The notes: generated from the letters alone by a model not told the origin. Positions 35,463 through 49,500 are shown, numbered from the whole stretch's first letter. The stretch is 63,904 bases of DNA, filler included, from Folioceros fuciformis (GCA_049999805.1; 6 parts of 6 records of this genome joined end to end with filler, not necessarily neighbours in it); one strand, 5' to 3'. A program made the numbers and translations.

Positions 35463-37634
35463 TCATTGCCAGTTCCTTCGCCCAAAATTGTCATTCATTG
35501 GCGGACGTTGAGAGTCGAAAGGCGGAGGTGCAGGATTCTGATGAAGGTACACCATACTGCCTGGGTGGGAGTGCGGGATGTGCGGATTGTAACCGCCCTG
35601 ACCTGGGTTGTTCGGAGCCGACTGCTGCCTATTGTCAAAATACACCAGGTTGCCTTGGTGCTGAATGTACGGGTTGTAGGGATTGCCGGCATTCTCCATG
35701 AAAACTAGGTTGCCTGGGGGAAAGCCGGCGTGACCTACGTTACCGGCATGGGATGCGAAACCTACGGGACTCTGATTAACGAAACTGGGGTGCTGCGGGA
35801 AGTGCATCGGACCATACCCTCCGGCTCCTGGATAGAATCCACCTGGCCCGGCGTGAAGGGGCGCACCCACGCTGAAGCCGGGATCCTGGACACCTCCGTT
35901 GTATGAAGGACGAGGTACAAAGCTCGAAGGACCCAAGCGAATAGCCTGCTGTAGAGGAGGTGGCGGGGGCAAGCTGCCATGCACTGCGTGTTGATAAGCA
36001 CCTTGTACAGGCTGCATCCCTGCATTAAAGATCCCGCCTGGCGCCGGCCCTGCCCCTTGCGCCCAGTGCACGGTAGAAGGCATGTTCTGAGGGACAGGGA
36101 ACTGAACTCCAAAACCATGAGTCGCTGACCCTGATTCTCCTGGGTAAGGTGCCACATTGCTGGAAGCCGGGTCTGCGCGATCGTGCGAGGGCCCATCCCT
36201 CGGTATCTGCAAAAGCATCCCAGAACCGATTAGTTAGAGACGCCAAGGCCAGCCTGGTACCCGCAACAGATGAGGAGGAAGTGGGCGTCGCGTACCGTCT
36301 GCTGTTCGCCAGATTTATTTCTCGGCCTGGGCTGATTCCTGGCTTTCCTTCCCTTCGCTCTGTCGTGCTGGAACGGCCCAGACTCCAGCTCATCTCTTGC
36401 CGCCGCCTCCTTCTTCCTCCTTGCTAGTAGTCCCTTCTTATAGCTTGCTTCCTTCTCGTCATCAGAGAATTCCACCTCCACATCTACAAGCTCCTCGTCG
36501 TTCGACCCCGATGCGTCATAACCCTTCTTCCTTAACTCAGGATCCTTGTCCAAGACGAAGCGCGCAAACTCTGGGACGTAGGACACGTCTGCCGATTCCA
36601 CCGCACCGTGGGGAACGTCCGACTCCTCATTGTACCGCACAATGTAAAACGGAGTTCTCACTGGGCCAAACACTTCATCCACATACCCCAAAGGCACACG
36701 CTCCTTTGAAAGCCAGAGAATAGAACCCTCGTTCAGAACCTGTGCCACTTGCGAAACCATTCCCGCCGTCTGAACGATCAGGCGGGTTCCTAACACCTGT
36801 ACGCAACAGACCATAACCATCAAAATAACCATCCGGCCAACAACACAATAAGGAACCACTGAACAACGAGGATGGAGAAATGCAACCACTGATTGAAATA
36901 CTCACACCGCTGATTGAACCAATCGATCGCAATTGATGGTCGTCTTCTAGCACAGCCTCCATTTTCGGCACCGGGGGCAACGCCTGCACATACGACGCGA
37001 ATAAGCATGAGGGGCCGCCACCGATGCAATTCTGGAACAAGCTTGCGCGACGATAGGAGGAAATGCGTACAGATAACTCATTCTTCGTGCGAGGAGGTTC
37101 CACAATTTCGTCATCGCTGCTCTCGGCGTCCGCCTTCTCCTTAGCGCCCAAATCGTTCTCCGGCTTCACCTGCGACTGGCCTTTTTCAAAATATCCCCCG
37201 AATCGTATTCGCTCCTCCTCTGATGACGATGACAAGGACGAGGAAACATCATCTCCCTCCTGCTCCTCTTCGTCCTCTTCTTCTTCTTCCTCCTCGTCCT
37301 CGTCCTCGTCCTCCCCCTCGTCCTCCTCCTCCTCCCCAGCTACCGCAGCCCTACCAGCTCCTTCGGATTGCGGCCCCGTGCAGTCCATGGACCGAGCCAC
37401 TCCTCCAGACGCTGGCGTTGCATCTTCCTTCTTCCCCGGACTCGCCGGACACACGTGTTCAGGAATGGGAGCTGCATCCTCCAGCTTCATGCCAGTGGGC
37501 GCGGACTCCTCTAAAGTCGAGGGGGCCGAGCCCTCCAGCTTCGTACGAGCCACCACAGTCTCCTCCTCAGCAGGAGGAGCTGCATCCTCCATGTCCGATG
37601 GAGACGCCCCGTCTGTGTGAGGCACATGTTCCAT
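35463..37634 (-). CDS. NAF1: H/ACA ribonucleoprotein assembly factor NAF1, 4 exons
   Basis: Exons 37071-37634, 36906-36983, 36296-36796, 35463-36206; acidic N-terminus, Gar1/Naf1 domain (EGSILW...DEVFGPV..P.Y.VRY), KGYDASG.NDEE, EFSDDEKE, Pro/Gly-rich C-terminus. Confidence 0.92.
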
Positions 37635-37683
37635 AGAACGCGCTCCCACTGTGCTCCCAAAGAACAGGGTTTAAGCTCGTCAC

Positions 37684-37692
37684 AAACCCTAA
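37684..37692. promoter_or_regulatory. Telo-box AAACCCTAA upstream of NAF1
   Basis: Exact motif about 50 bp upstream of the ATG; telo-boxes are typical of plant ribosome-biogenesis genes. Confidence 0.55.
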
Positions 37693-38626
37693 TATCTAAA
37701 ACCCCAAAAGAATTTGATCGGAGGGTACTGCGCCAAAGTTCATATTTTTCAGACAGATTTCCGTCCAAGATGATGTTCCACCAACCTTAATGAGACTCTT
37801 TCAATCTAGTCATCCCAACCTTGCGACAATTTTGGTAACATGTATACCTACAATGCTTTCTTTCCTCTATCATAAATCATCTCCATCGCGGAGCTCAAGT
37901 TTCGTATTGAGATACACGAAACGTAGCCCCGTAGCCATCCTCCAAAGTGCACAAAAACTGAAACCCTTGGGCAATGTCTACTCTACAAAAATGGTGGCCA
38001 CTTCCGCCCGGGCAGACGAGCGCTTGTCATGCCGCCGTCGCCCGCGCCTCCTCCGGTGAGGATTCATGCCACCTGCCTTTCTCATCGACGTCAGGGGCCG
38101 TGTTGGCGGTGTCCCTGATGGAGCTCCCGTGAGCTTCTATGTTTACACATTCTTGTTGTGCGTCATAGTCGCTGGAACCTGGTCTTTCCTCTTGGAACCT
38201 CTCGCGCCATTCCTCGCTGGGACGTGTTTCTCTTGCTTGGCCACCATCTCCTTGTGTCAGTTTTGCTGGTAAGGTTACTAGTTTCCCGTAATGCGAGAAA
38301 CAGGATGAGCTGTGTTCAACCGACGACAAGGAGCTTCCTTGTTGCCCGTCTTGAGAACGTTCCAGGTCTGGTTTGAGCAGGTTGATTTTCCAACCGTCGT
38401 CCGGACACGTCCAAGCTCATCACTGGCAGCAGAGTTCTCCTCTCGTGCTCTCATGTGTGGTTCTGACGGGTGTGGCTTTGGGTGGTGAGCTAGCGGGGCA
38501 CTAGGTGTTTGCCTGGTCTTGAAGCACAATCCGCCCCCTGTCGCTGACTGACTGTTCTCACTGTCCTTGAGTTCTGTCATTCGGGACCAACACTTTTTGG
38601 CCCACTTTTGGGGCAAATGATCTGCC

Positions 38627-41600
38627 TTACCAATAATCTCTGCAAGAGCACTCCCCGTCCTTGAAGTGATGAAAGCGACTGACGTCCCTTGTTACAATCG
38701 TCCTCCCAGTAACCTTAGATATGTACTTGGCAGCGTTATGGCAGTCTCCACACATTCGTAGGTTCTTCAAGATGAGAAGAGGTGTTCCTGGGGCAGTGTT
38801 GATGAGGGCAAAAGCGATAGCCAGCTTCTCACTGTGATAGCGTAGGCACCTTTCCTTTTCCTCTTCGTCAACATCATGGAGCACAAAGCTCGTGTTCGGC
38901 ACATAGCCTGCCTCTATGATTGTGCTGATCAGCTTGTCTAGTGTGTCGTAGATGATGTCAGTCTGTGGATGTCTCTTGTCTTCTGCAAAGAAAAGATGAA
39001 TTTCGTTTCCGATCTCCGTCCAACTGCATCCTGGATTCTTCTTCAACCCTTTGTCCTTCAACAGTCTTCTCACTGCAACCTTCTCCCTCCACATCCCTGC
39101 GGCAGCATAGGTGTTGGCCAGCAACACATGCGCTGCGTCATGACTGGGGTCCAGCTGCAGGACCTTCTCTGCAGCATACTCCGCTATTCCAACATTGCCG
39201 TGAAGTCTACAGGCACCAAGCAGCGCCATCCAAACTGCGATACCCGGTTGCGCTGGCAGGTGGGTGATAAACTCCTCAGCCTCGTCCAGCCTCCCAGCTC
39301 GGCCAAGCAGATCAACCATGCACACATGGTGACCTTCTGTAGGGCTGATGCCGTGATCTAGGATCATGGACGTGTAGTAGCTGCAGCCTTCCTTCACCAA
39401 TCCAGCATGGCTGCAGGCTGCGAGGACAGTCACAAATGTAATGTAATCCATTTCAACTTCCATCTGCCGCAAGTGTTCGAAGATCAATAGAGCCTCCTTG
39501 CTCCGACCATGCTGCGTATATGCTGCCATCAATGCATTCCACGATATGATATCCCGCCGAGACATGTTATCAAAAACCGTTCGTGCCATATCCAGCCGAC
39601 CACACTTGGCATACATGTCCACCAGAGCATTGTTCACAAAAATGCGTGACCTGTGGCCACTCCTGTCGATCATAGCGTGGATTCGCCTGCCCTCTCCAAG
39701 AACTGCGAGATTAGCACATGCGTTCAGGACGCAAACGAAGGTAACGTCAGTGGGCTGGACACCCTTCTGTAGCATTTCTTTGAACAGCTGAAGGGCATCT
39801 CTCTCTCGTCTGTTGTGAATGTAAGCTGTTACCATAGCAGTCCATGCAACAGCATCTTTATCCGCTATGCCATTGAAGACCTGGAGTGCATCCTCCATGC
39901 TCTCACACTTGCCATACATGGTAATCAAGGCAGTACAGACGCAGAGGTCAGATGCAAACCCACAGCTGGAAGCATGACTATGCATCTCTCTGCCCTCCGC
40001 CAGCGATGCTGCATTGCCACAAGCGTTCAGAACCGAGACTATGGTGCCTGAATTTGGCTTCACCTCTTCCTGCTGCATCTCCTCAAACAGACAAAGCGCC
40101 TCCTTCGCAAGACCATGATCAGCATAGCCTGAGAACATGGATGTCCAAGAAATAACATCCCGCTTCGGCATTCTATCAAATACTGCACGTGCACCTGCAA
40201 TGAAGCCGCATTTGGAATACATGTTCACCAGGGCCGACCCAACAAAGATCTGCGATTCAAATCCGCGACTTCGAACATAGGCGTGAAGCTGCTCTCCATC
40301 TTCTAGAGCCCCCAAGCTTGCACATGCGTTCAGGATACCAACGAAGGTAATGGAGCTCGGTTTCACTCCCTTGTACAGCATTTGCCTGAAAAGCTGAAGG
40401 ACCTCCTCGTTGTATCCATGACGGGAATATCCTCCGATCATAGCATTCCATGACACAACGTCTCGTGTCCGCAAATTATCAAACACGGTTCTTGCAGCCT
40501 GCAGGTTCCCACTTTTCGAATACATGTCCACCAATGCATTGCACACATACAGGTCAGACTCCCATCTACTCCTTGCAACCTGGGCATGTACCTGCTTGCC
40601 AAATCCGCCATCTGCCATAGAGGCACATGCATTCAGTACAGCAACGAAAGTCGACCCGTCAGCATTCACTTTTGCTTCCTGCATCTGTCTGTAAAGTCTG
40701 AGAGCCTTGGAGCCCTCCCCGGATCGTGTATATCCAGCAATCATTGTATTCCAAGATACTACATCACGTTCGTGCATTTTATCAAACACTGATGATGCCT
40801 CCACCATGCTCCCACCTTTTGCATACAAATCTAGCAGGCAGTTGTCCACAACAACATCCGTCTCTGACCAAACTTTATTGATCTCTGCATGCGTCTGCCG
40901 GCCCTCTTGGATGTCCCCGAGAATTGCACACGCATTCAGAACAACAGTGAACACAAACTTGTCTGGCTTAACGCCTTCACCCTTCATGTTCTTGTAGAGG
41001 TCCAGAACCTTGTCTGCTTGACCACAATTAAGATAACCCTTCATTAAGGCAGTGAATGTGAACACGTCATGCCTGGACATTTGATCAAATAAACGGCGCG
41101 CAGCCAAGACCTTTCCCCAGCTGGCATACATTCTCACCAGACTGCACGCCAGCAAAGAGTTCATCTCTAGGCCACTCTTTCTGATGTGAGCATGGACTTG
41201 CATGCCATCCTGCCAGGCCCTCCTCTTTATGCATTGTTGCAACAGACGGTAATATATATCAGGATGGGCCTGCATGCCCTGATGCTCCAAAGCATTCAAT
41301 GCCCGGACACATTCACTCAAACGTCCTCCATCGCACAGGATGCTTACATCTGCAGGTGTCATCCACAAGCCTGACCTATCGACCCCCTTGCTTGAACTGC
41401 CAGAATGGTAATCAGCAGCATAGTTTCAGCGGGACGGTCTGCATCACCTGACCACAAAGTGAACGCTTGCATAAAGACAGCCCAGACAACGAGCAAATAG
41501 AAAAGGCACCTTAAGCAAACTATCATGCGCACCACCCACCAATCGAACAGTTCTATTCAGGATACTGAAGACTCACATGCCCATCAAGCTGCCTTCGACG

Positions 41601-42019
41601 TACACATTGGCTTCTGACTCCGTCCCAGAGGTTGCAACCTGAGGATGGTTGCCCTCTTTCATAGCCTTCACCCTGCTACGAATGCAGAATGAAAATGTTG
41701 ACATTCCAGAACTCATCGATTATGCATAAAAAGTTGCTGCTGAGGTGGCTAAGCAATACCTGCCAGAACTCTCCAGCTCACCTCCGTAATGGACGGAATG
41801 CAAGCTAAAAGCCCTTTCCCTGTTAACCCACAAACCATCCCTTCTGGACATTTCCACAGAGCCCGAATAATTCTTGTCTCCCTGTGACGGGAACCAAAGG
41901 TCAGCCCCACGCAAGGCCACATAAGTGCCTGCTGAATTCAGTTGATAGAGCGACACTTTGTACCTTCCTCGACCTAGAATGGCCCAAGAAAGCTTCCTGT
42001 CGGGAAAGCTCATCTGCAT
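38627..42019 (-). CDS. PLS-class PPR protein with E1-E2-DYW deaminase domain (C-to-U RNA editing factor)
   Basis: Main exon 38627-41396 with about six PLS triplets, PG box KKNPGCSW, HSEKLA, CGDCH and terminal DYW. Phase-compatible upstream exons 41577-41672 and 41760-(42019 or further). Start codon uncertain. Confidence 0.93.
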
Positions 42020-43060
42020 TTCAGATTCAAGGTGTTCATCCTTCAAAGACGTGCAGGAAACGTGGAAGTGGAATGAAGCTTGCTATTGTCACCTTCTTCT
42101 CCCTTTGTATTGCTCCGTAAAGTGGACAGACGCCTGAACCATTCCTCAATGATGATGTGAGGACTGAGCTTGGACTCCGTCAAAATGCGCACCTTCACCT
42201 TCATACGGCTCTCCATTGCTCTAATCCTGGACATGACCTACGAGATAGATGTGAAAGACCTGCACGCGCTTCGTTTTCAGCCGACTGAACCGACTCTTTG
42301 CGACACTTAGTCAGCATTGGGGAACTTGAGTGTTCGTGGGGGTAGTGGTGGAAACCAGACAGGCTCTGGTGGTTGATGGCTGGGCCAAGTGTCTGCTTGC
42401 CGCCGATGGGGAACAGACGCACAAAGTGCGGCGGGCTACACCTCGTCCCTGGAAGATGCACCACCTACGTGGGCCATACAGAATTTCATCATTTCCTTAT
42501 AGATACGTTCATGGGCAGGATGCACGGGTTTTCAGCCACATCAAAGCCATTGCTTTGATGGTTGTCAGACTGAAAGTCGATGCTCGGATGTCAATCTCAT
42601 AAGGCTACATGCCAGGAAGCTTTTAAGCCTTGTCGGTCAGACGACGCGAGGCCGCTCCAATTTTTGATTGAGAGTGCATTCACCAGGTTTTCACAGCTGA
42701 TACATATTTTGCGCCGATCGAATCCAATGACATCCTTGGAAGAGGAAGAAATCACGGACACAGCCTGCGGGCCAAACATGAGTTGTCCACGGGGAATCAC
42801 GGCACTAACGCCAGACAGTCGATTTCCGGTTCCAACGATTCCGCTTCGGATGGCATCCAATGCACTCCACCCGGGATAGTACCTATGTATGAGACTCTCG
42901 TGCATTTGACACTGAAGGAGAGGGACGAAGGGCATGGATCCGATCCGTAAAGTACGAAGAAAAAAAAACGATTGTGTGCCTTCCTTCCAATGAACAGAGG
43001 GAAGGCAGTGGAGGAAGGTAGTTAAGGCATTGGTCGTTCGGCTGCGACTGGAGCTGAAAC

Positions 43061-45509
43061 ATGGATAGTCTGAGCGCGACCGATGCCAGCTTGTCTGCAG
43101 AGGAAAGGGCGACCTACTGGCAGATGGCGTTCCCGGCGGAGGATGTTTTGTTTGTGGAATTTGCAGAATCTCCCGAGTTCAATCGCTTGATCGCAGACTT
43201 GGAGGATGCCAGTATCGTGGGGATGGATGCCGAGTGGAAGCCGGTTCGAAGTACCCTAGCCTCGCCTCGCGTGGCCGTGCTGCAGCTCTCGATCCGTATC
43301 CTGAATAGTTGCGGAGAAGATGGGAGCTGTGAAGGAAATCAGCAGCTGCACAGCCAAGTCCAAGGAAGCGGGGAGTTGCAACCAGCTCTTGATACTGGAC
43401 AGGCACACGAAAGATGCAACATATATCTGCTGGATATGCTGGCTCTCCCGGCAGCTGCCTTCAGCGGACCCTTGAAGCGGATGTTGTGCAGCCGGAACGT
43501 ACTGAAGTTAGGTTTTGGGTTCAAGCAAGATCTGCTGCACCTGGCTGCATCCTTCCCAGGACCGGATGCTCGAGGTTGCTTTGATAAGGTTTGTCACTCT
43601 GCGTACTGCCTGCTGAGTGCGTCTTAGCTGTGCAGGAGATTTGGTGGCTCATCTTAGAATTGGAAGCTGGTGCTGTGTGAAGAGTAGCGGCATGAGAGTG
43701 TAAACCACTGATGACGTCTGGGCAGGTCGAGCCGTATGTGGACATTAGAACACTGTGTCGGCAACTTCGAGGGCGTAATTCACTGGGCCTCGCCAAGCCT
43801 GTGTGTAGATTATCCACTGGGAAGGAGTGTAGTTTGTCCGCGATCTGTGAAGCAGTTTTAGGGTTGCCTCTCTGCAAGGTATGTAAGAACATGGGACATT
43901 AAGCTGACTATTGTGAGTGTTTTCTCTGTCATGGTTTGACTCATCAGCTTTTGTTTATGCAGGATGTACAATGTAGCAACTGGGAGATGAGACCATTGAG
44001 TCCAGAGCAAGTGGCGTATGCAGCCACCGATGTCCATTGTCTTCATTTCATTTTTGACTCTCTACAATTGGAGAGCCAAGCGTTCATAGAGGAAGGTCTG
44101 TGTCATGGTCTCGGTTTCTTTTAGTTGGCTTGTAGGATGGGAGGGGCATAACGTGTCAACTGGCCCTCCTTTTCATTCCAGAAAGAAGAAGAATGGCGCT
44201 TGTCTCATCTTCCGCCAGCAGTGTAGTTGGACTAGCAATGCTGCTCGAGGACGCAAATGACTACGTGGCTGGAAACATCTTCAGGGCCAGACGGGGGTTG
44301 GCACAGGAGATGGTAGAGGAGGCACTGAATGCGTTTCTGTCTGGAGGTTATGAAGCTATCAGAAAACAATTTTCCCTGCCTAAGCATCTTGTGAGGATAG
44401 CTCAGAGGTTTGGAGAGCGGCTGCTGGTGTCTGAAGATGGCTGTAAACGGAAGCTGGGGCCTAGGAAACCAAGGAGCCGGCAAGCGCGAGATGCTTCAAG
44501 CAGATCGCCAGAAGATGAAATGAGGCACTGGACCGGACCTCCACCTTGGGATGTGTCAGTAGGTGGCGATGGTGTGCCTAAATTTCTGTGTGATGTCATG
44601 GTGAGTATTCAAGAGATTACTGTGTGGTTAGTATAAGACGTAAGAACTGGCGGGCAGCTTCGTTATCCGTGCTCCATTGTTTTCGTACAATGTCATGTCC
44701 TGAATGTGAAGAGCTTTGGTGCAGGTAGAAGGTTTGGCGCGGCATCTTCGATGTGTGGGCATAGACACGGCTTGTCCTCGTACCAAAAAGAGCGACGCTA
44801 GGTATGCTACAATTTTGTGTGGTCATTTCTGTTGTTCTTAGTATGTCCCTGACTCTTAGACGAACAGGCAGCTCGTGGAACAAGCTGAACAGGAGGGTCG
44901 AGTGTTGCTGACGAGAGATGTGAAGCTACTGAGGCGGCGTCTTATTCCTGACAACCTGACCTACAGGGTGACGAACTCTGTGAAACAAGACCAGCTAGTG
45001 GAGGTACATGCATGAAGAAGGCACTGGCCATTCACCAATTTTGTAGAAAGGCGAGCAAACTTTGCTGACTACACTGTTGGTGATGCAGATATTGACTTTC
45101 TTCAACATCTCTGTAACCACTGACCAGATTCTGTCAAGGTGCATCAAGTGCAATGGCACGTTTTCGCCTCGTCCCCTAAATGCCATTGAAGCTGCGGCTG
45201 CAGCCCCTGATCAACAGCAGCCCCTTCCTAAATGCGTCTTGGAGGCAGATCTCGAGTTTTGGCAGTGCTCCAATTGTCGGCATGTCTTTTGGCAGGTAGA
45301 AAAACACGCTAAACCTTGTTCCTTTTCATATGAACTTTATCCGAGGTAAACTTCCTGTCTGCTGTGTGTTGCAACAGGGATGTCAATTTGCTAGAGCCTT
45401 GGTGCAGTTCACCAGAGTTGTCTGCCAAATTTCTTCTCGAACGCCTGGAGATCATTTTCAAGAGCCTCAGGCCCGATCCGGTGAGAAATATCTCTGCCTG
45501 GACATCTAG
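43061..45509 (+). CDS. MUT-7/EXD3-like 3'-5' exonuclease with C-terminal Mut7-C RNase domain, 8 exons
   Basis: ExoI VGMDAEWKP, FKQDL, ExoIII QCSNWEMRPLSPEQVAYAATD; Mut7-C KFLCDVMVEGLARHLRCVGID, RVLLTRD, SRCIKCNG, FWQCSNCRHVFWQG; TAG at 45507-45509. Confidence 0.93.
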
Positions 45510-45888
45510 ATGGTGAAATGACACATTTTGTACTATAGGGGTCGGATGACAGATGGAATTTAGACGAACCTAACACATTGTTCTTAATACCAGAAAATAG
45601 AAGCTGTCATGTGGATGGTACTACCTAACAGGATCTGAACGTAGATTTATTCAGCACTGGACCACCTCATACACAAACCCTAGGTCGCTGCTGGTTGCAC
45701 GGAGAAGCAATCACCCACATTGTTTTCCCAATGAGCAGCTTCAGAGGCACATGAGATCAACTCAGGGCAGCAGAAGTGAAGTATCTCGNNNNNNNNNNNN
45801 NNNNNNNNNNNNNNNNNNNNNNNNNNNNNNNNTTAATTAATTAANNNNNNNNNNNNNNNNNNNNNNNNNNNNNNNNNNNNNNNNNNNN

Positions 45889-46562
45889 CCTATGTTGGAA
45901 GAGACTCGCTGCAAAAGAGCCTCAGTCTCCTTCTGTCTGTCATTGAATTTCCTGTCAAAATCGATGCTTGACTTCTTGTTAAAATACTGACATCCTGAGC
46001 GGTGGTCACAGGTATTACTTTTTCTACTCAACTCACTGCTACTCGAAGACTGTCTTAAAGAAGAGGAAGGGCTACGACATGACAAACCTTGTAGCCTAGA
46101 AAAATCTAGAGAGGGGATGTTTTCCCTAACATTGGGTACATAGTACATGTTTCTATTTTTCCGAGGCATTTCAGAGTAGTGGAAAATTGAGGAATAGGCT
46201 GCTCATATCCATTATAAACACTAAAAGTGCTCTGCGCAGGCTGGCGAAGAAGAATTTTCAGCCAATCTCTACCTTCATATTTCGTGAAGGTGGAGGTAGG
46301 CTGAAAACCCTTCCTTCACTCGCTGTGCCTAGCACATTGTGTCTAAAGTGGATAGATTACAGCGAAAGACTCAGAGCATCAAACTCTGCTCTGATACCAT
46401 GATACTAAACCTTTTGACATAGAACACAAAAAGAATGTTGTATATCAAAAAGTAAAAGTGTTCAATAAACAATAGTCTTATATAGTCTTAAGTAAACCCT
46501 AGGTTAAACTAACTAGCCTAACCTGTGAGGTTAACTAACCAAGGGTTAACCAAACCCTAATA
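45889..46562 (-). mobile_element. 5' end of a Copia-type element: LTR (46400 to about 46562), iMet PBS (46388-46399) and ORF0 start (ATG 46169)
   Basis: TGGTATCAGAGC abuts a short AT-rich LTR that interrupts the LINE ORF2; downstream ORF starts MPRKNRNMYYVPNVRE. Confidence 0.8.
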
Positions 46563-49500
46563 AGGAACACCCAGAACATCATCGACATGCAAAGGGCTAC
46601 TAGGGATAATGCACCGCTTGACCTCTAAGTAGCTACTCGAGATTGACTTGAAAAGTGGGGAGCACTCTATCGTATCAAGAAGAGGATTATCAACAAGGAT
46701 GTTGTCGATAGATCTCCTTCCCCTAGGGACAGCTTGAGTGCACTCCAGATGTTGTGTCAGCAGGCTCTTCCAGGGGTAGTAGGTAGGATCCGCCATCCTG
46801 ACAACCCACTGAGTGTGCAGGACTTTCATCTTGGCAACCGGATCAACCACCCCAAGCTCCCCCATACTATGCGCCTAAATAATGTGCTGCCAAGCCACCT
46901 TAGAGCACCCAGTTGAGCTATCCCCCGCACATTTCCACAGGAAGGAAGTCAACACCTGTTGCAACCTTTTCACCTTTGTCTTGGAAGGGGCCCACAAGAA
47001 CAAATAATACCATAGAGAGGCTGTTAGGATATGGTTAATCACCACCAGCCTTCCTACAAGGGTAAGCTCCAACAGCTACAAGCTCGCCGCTTTACGAATG
47101 AATTTGAGGCACGCATACTTACCTATCTCACCGTTCTCGTCTCCCTTATGGAAGGGAAGCCCCAGATATTTGTGAGAGAGCCCCTTCGTCACCCTCTGAA
47201 TGTGTCGAATGCATGGAGGTAGCTCCCCGTCCATGTGTAGACACAACATGCAAGTCTTATTCCAATTAACCTTGCAGCCCGACAACTCCCCAAAGACCTT
47301 AACTTGCTGAAGCAAAGCAGACAAAGATGCCTCCTTTGCCGAGGAAAAAAGGAGGGTATTGTCTGCAAACGCAGAGACCCTTAACTGCTATCCGTCTAGG
47401 TTGCGAATACCCTCAACTGCCTGGTCTTGCTTAACTGCTCGGAGGAAGAAGTCAGTAACAATAGTAAATAAGAACGGAGCAAGGGGGCAACCCTAACGTA
47501 CCGACCGATGAATGCCAAAGTGCTCCGTAAAGGATCCATTGACGGCCACCTTGGCCCCTGCATCTTCACACAAAATGGCAATCCATCTACATAAGTTATT
47601 CCTGAACTCAAAGCTTTGCAAGCACTGCCAGAAGAAGGCCACTCAATGGAATCATAAGCCTTGTAAAAATCTAGGGAAATGAAAACTGCAGCTTTCTTCT
47701 GCACCTGCGTATTATACTTAGCTTCCCGTAAGAGTAGAAGGTTGTCCAAGATACACCTATTTTGGATGAACCCCCGCTACTCTTTCTCAATCCAATCATC
47801 TAGAAAAGGCTTGATGCGGTTGGCTAGAACCTTAACTATGACCTTATACGTAGTTGTTAGCAAGGTGATTGGGCGCCAATTGGAAATAGATAGACCGGCG
47901 TCTTGCTTAGGGAGCAAGACGAAGACCCCCATGTTAAACCAACTCCCCATGCTACCTTCCTCCTAGATCATGTCCACCGCCTCCATGAACAAAGGCTCCA
48001 TAGACTCCCACCCCCCATAACAGAAACTCGGGTGGGATACCGTCGTGACCAAGGGATTTATTCCTCGGCATCCCCTTCAGAGCCTGGAGCACTTCCTCTG
48101 TAGTAATCGGCTTATCTAGCGCTCTCCGCTGGACTTCAGACACTTTAGTCGAGAGTGACCCGTAGGCAAATGACCAGAGCTACTCCCACCCTGCCACCTT
48201 CTCAACGCTGGAAAAAATTCCCACAAAGAAAAGGGTGATTAGCTTTTTCAAACCTTCAAGCGACTCCTGTACNNNNNNNNNNNNNNNNNNNNNNNNNNNN
48301 NNNNNNNNNNNNNNNNNNNNNNNNNNNNNNNNNNNNNNNNNNNNNNNNNNNNNNNNNNNNNNNNNNNNNNNNCACCCCTTGTGCATCCGGGAGAGCAGGA
48401 ATGCGCGACCTGTGCCGGTTAGCAGCCACCTTGTCGAAATTCTTCTTCGACGAACCGTCCCCTTCCTTCACCCAATTAACCTTCGCCTGCTTGAACCAAC
48501 CTCTGGCCTTGTCTTCTTCCAATTTTGCCAAAGCCCATTGCACCTCTGTTTTCTGGGCTTCTTCTTTGATTGTGAAGTCCCTCTCCTCACCACGCCTTTG
48601 GAGCCAGCTTAATTTCTCTCTCCAAAAACATTCTTTCTGGCGCAGTTCCTTCGCACGTTGGACCCCCCATTTCCTCAAAAACCTAGTCGCAGCATTGTTA
48701 GCACATATCAATCTAGACACAGGAGGCTCTTCCCCCTGCTCTATTCCCTGCCAAATGCTTTTGACCTCCTCGAACACACCTTTTTCCTTGAGTAAGGACG
48801 TGTTCATTCAAAAATTTTGCATAAACCTCCTCTGCCGCCCCGCGATAGGGGCAAGCCTCGAGTGCAAGCTAATTGGGTGATGGTCCGACAGGATCGTACC
48901 AGCTAGAATACTGTACGACTGCACCAGGGGTAACCAACCAGACAGAACATAGAACCTATCCAGTCTGCGCGCAGCCAAATTCTGTTGTTGTTGGTTAGCC
49001 AGTTGAAATTCAAGGATTGCGGCTGACGATGCACTAGTAGGGCCAGCCACGGATCCTTTACAGCCAAGACAGTGTCTCTTAGTTCCTGCCAAGACATGGG
49101 CACCGACCGAAAATCTACCGAGCTCTCCCCTCGGATATCTTCCCGTCTTTCGACAAAGTTGAAATCCCCGGCCAACATCCACGGGATCTGCTCATCCAAT
49201 TGTTCCCCTAGTTTACACCACAAACTACTCATGTCAGAGGCAGCATTGGGGGCATAAATATTACAGATGCTGAGGGGGCCTTGAGGTGTTTGCAACACCA
49301 ACCACACAAACCTACCACCCTCATCTTCACCCGACTCCAAGATATTGTGAGTGTGATCTAGGTGAATAGTTATGGATACACCCCCCCTGGTTGCTGATAA
49401 TCGCTGAGTCGGATAATCCCCACCGCTTGCTTCATCTACTCAGGCTGTCCTACCTGGAAGTAAGAGCTTCTTCACCTTTTGGATATGCTCCAAAGAAAGC

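Noticed and set aside
37063-37636. Poly-Ser and poly-Pro plus-strand ORFs
   Set aside because: Shadows of the acidic tract of NAF1 on the opposite strand.
38627-39050. Possible U-to-C (DYW:KP) editing domain
   Set aside because: Canonical PG box, HSEKLA and DYW end indicate the ordinary C-to-U type.
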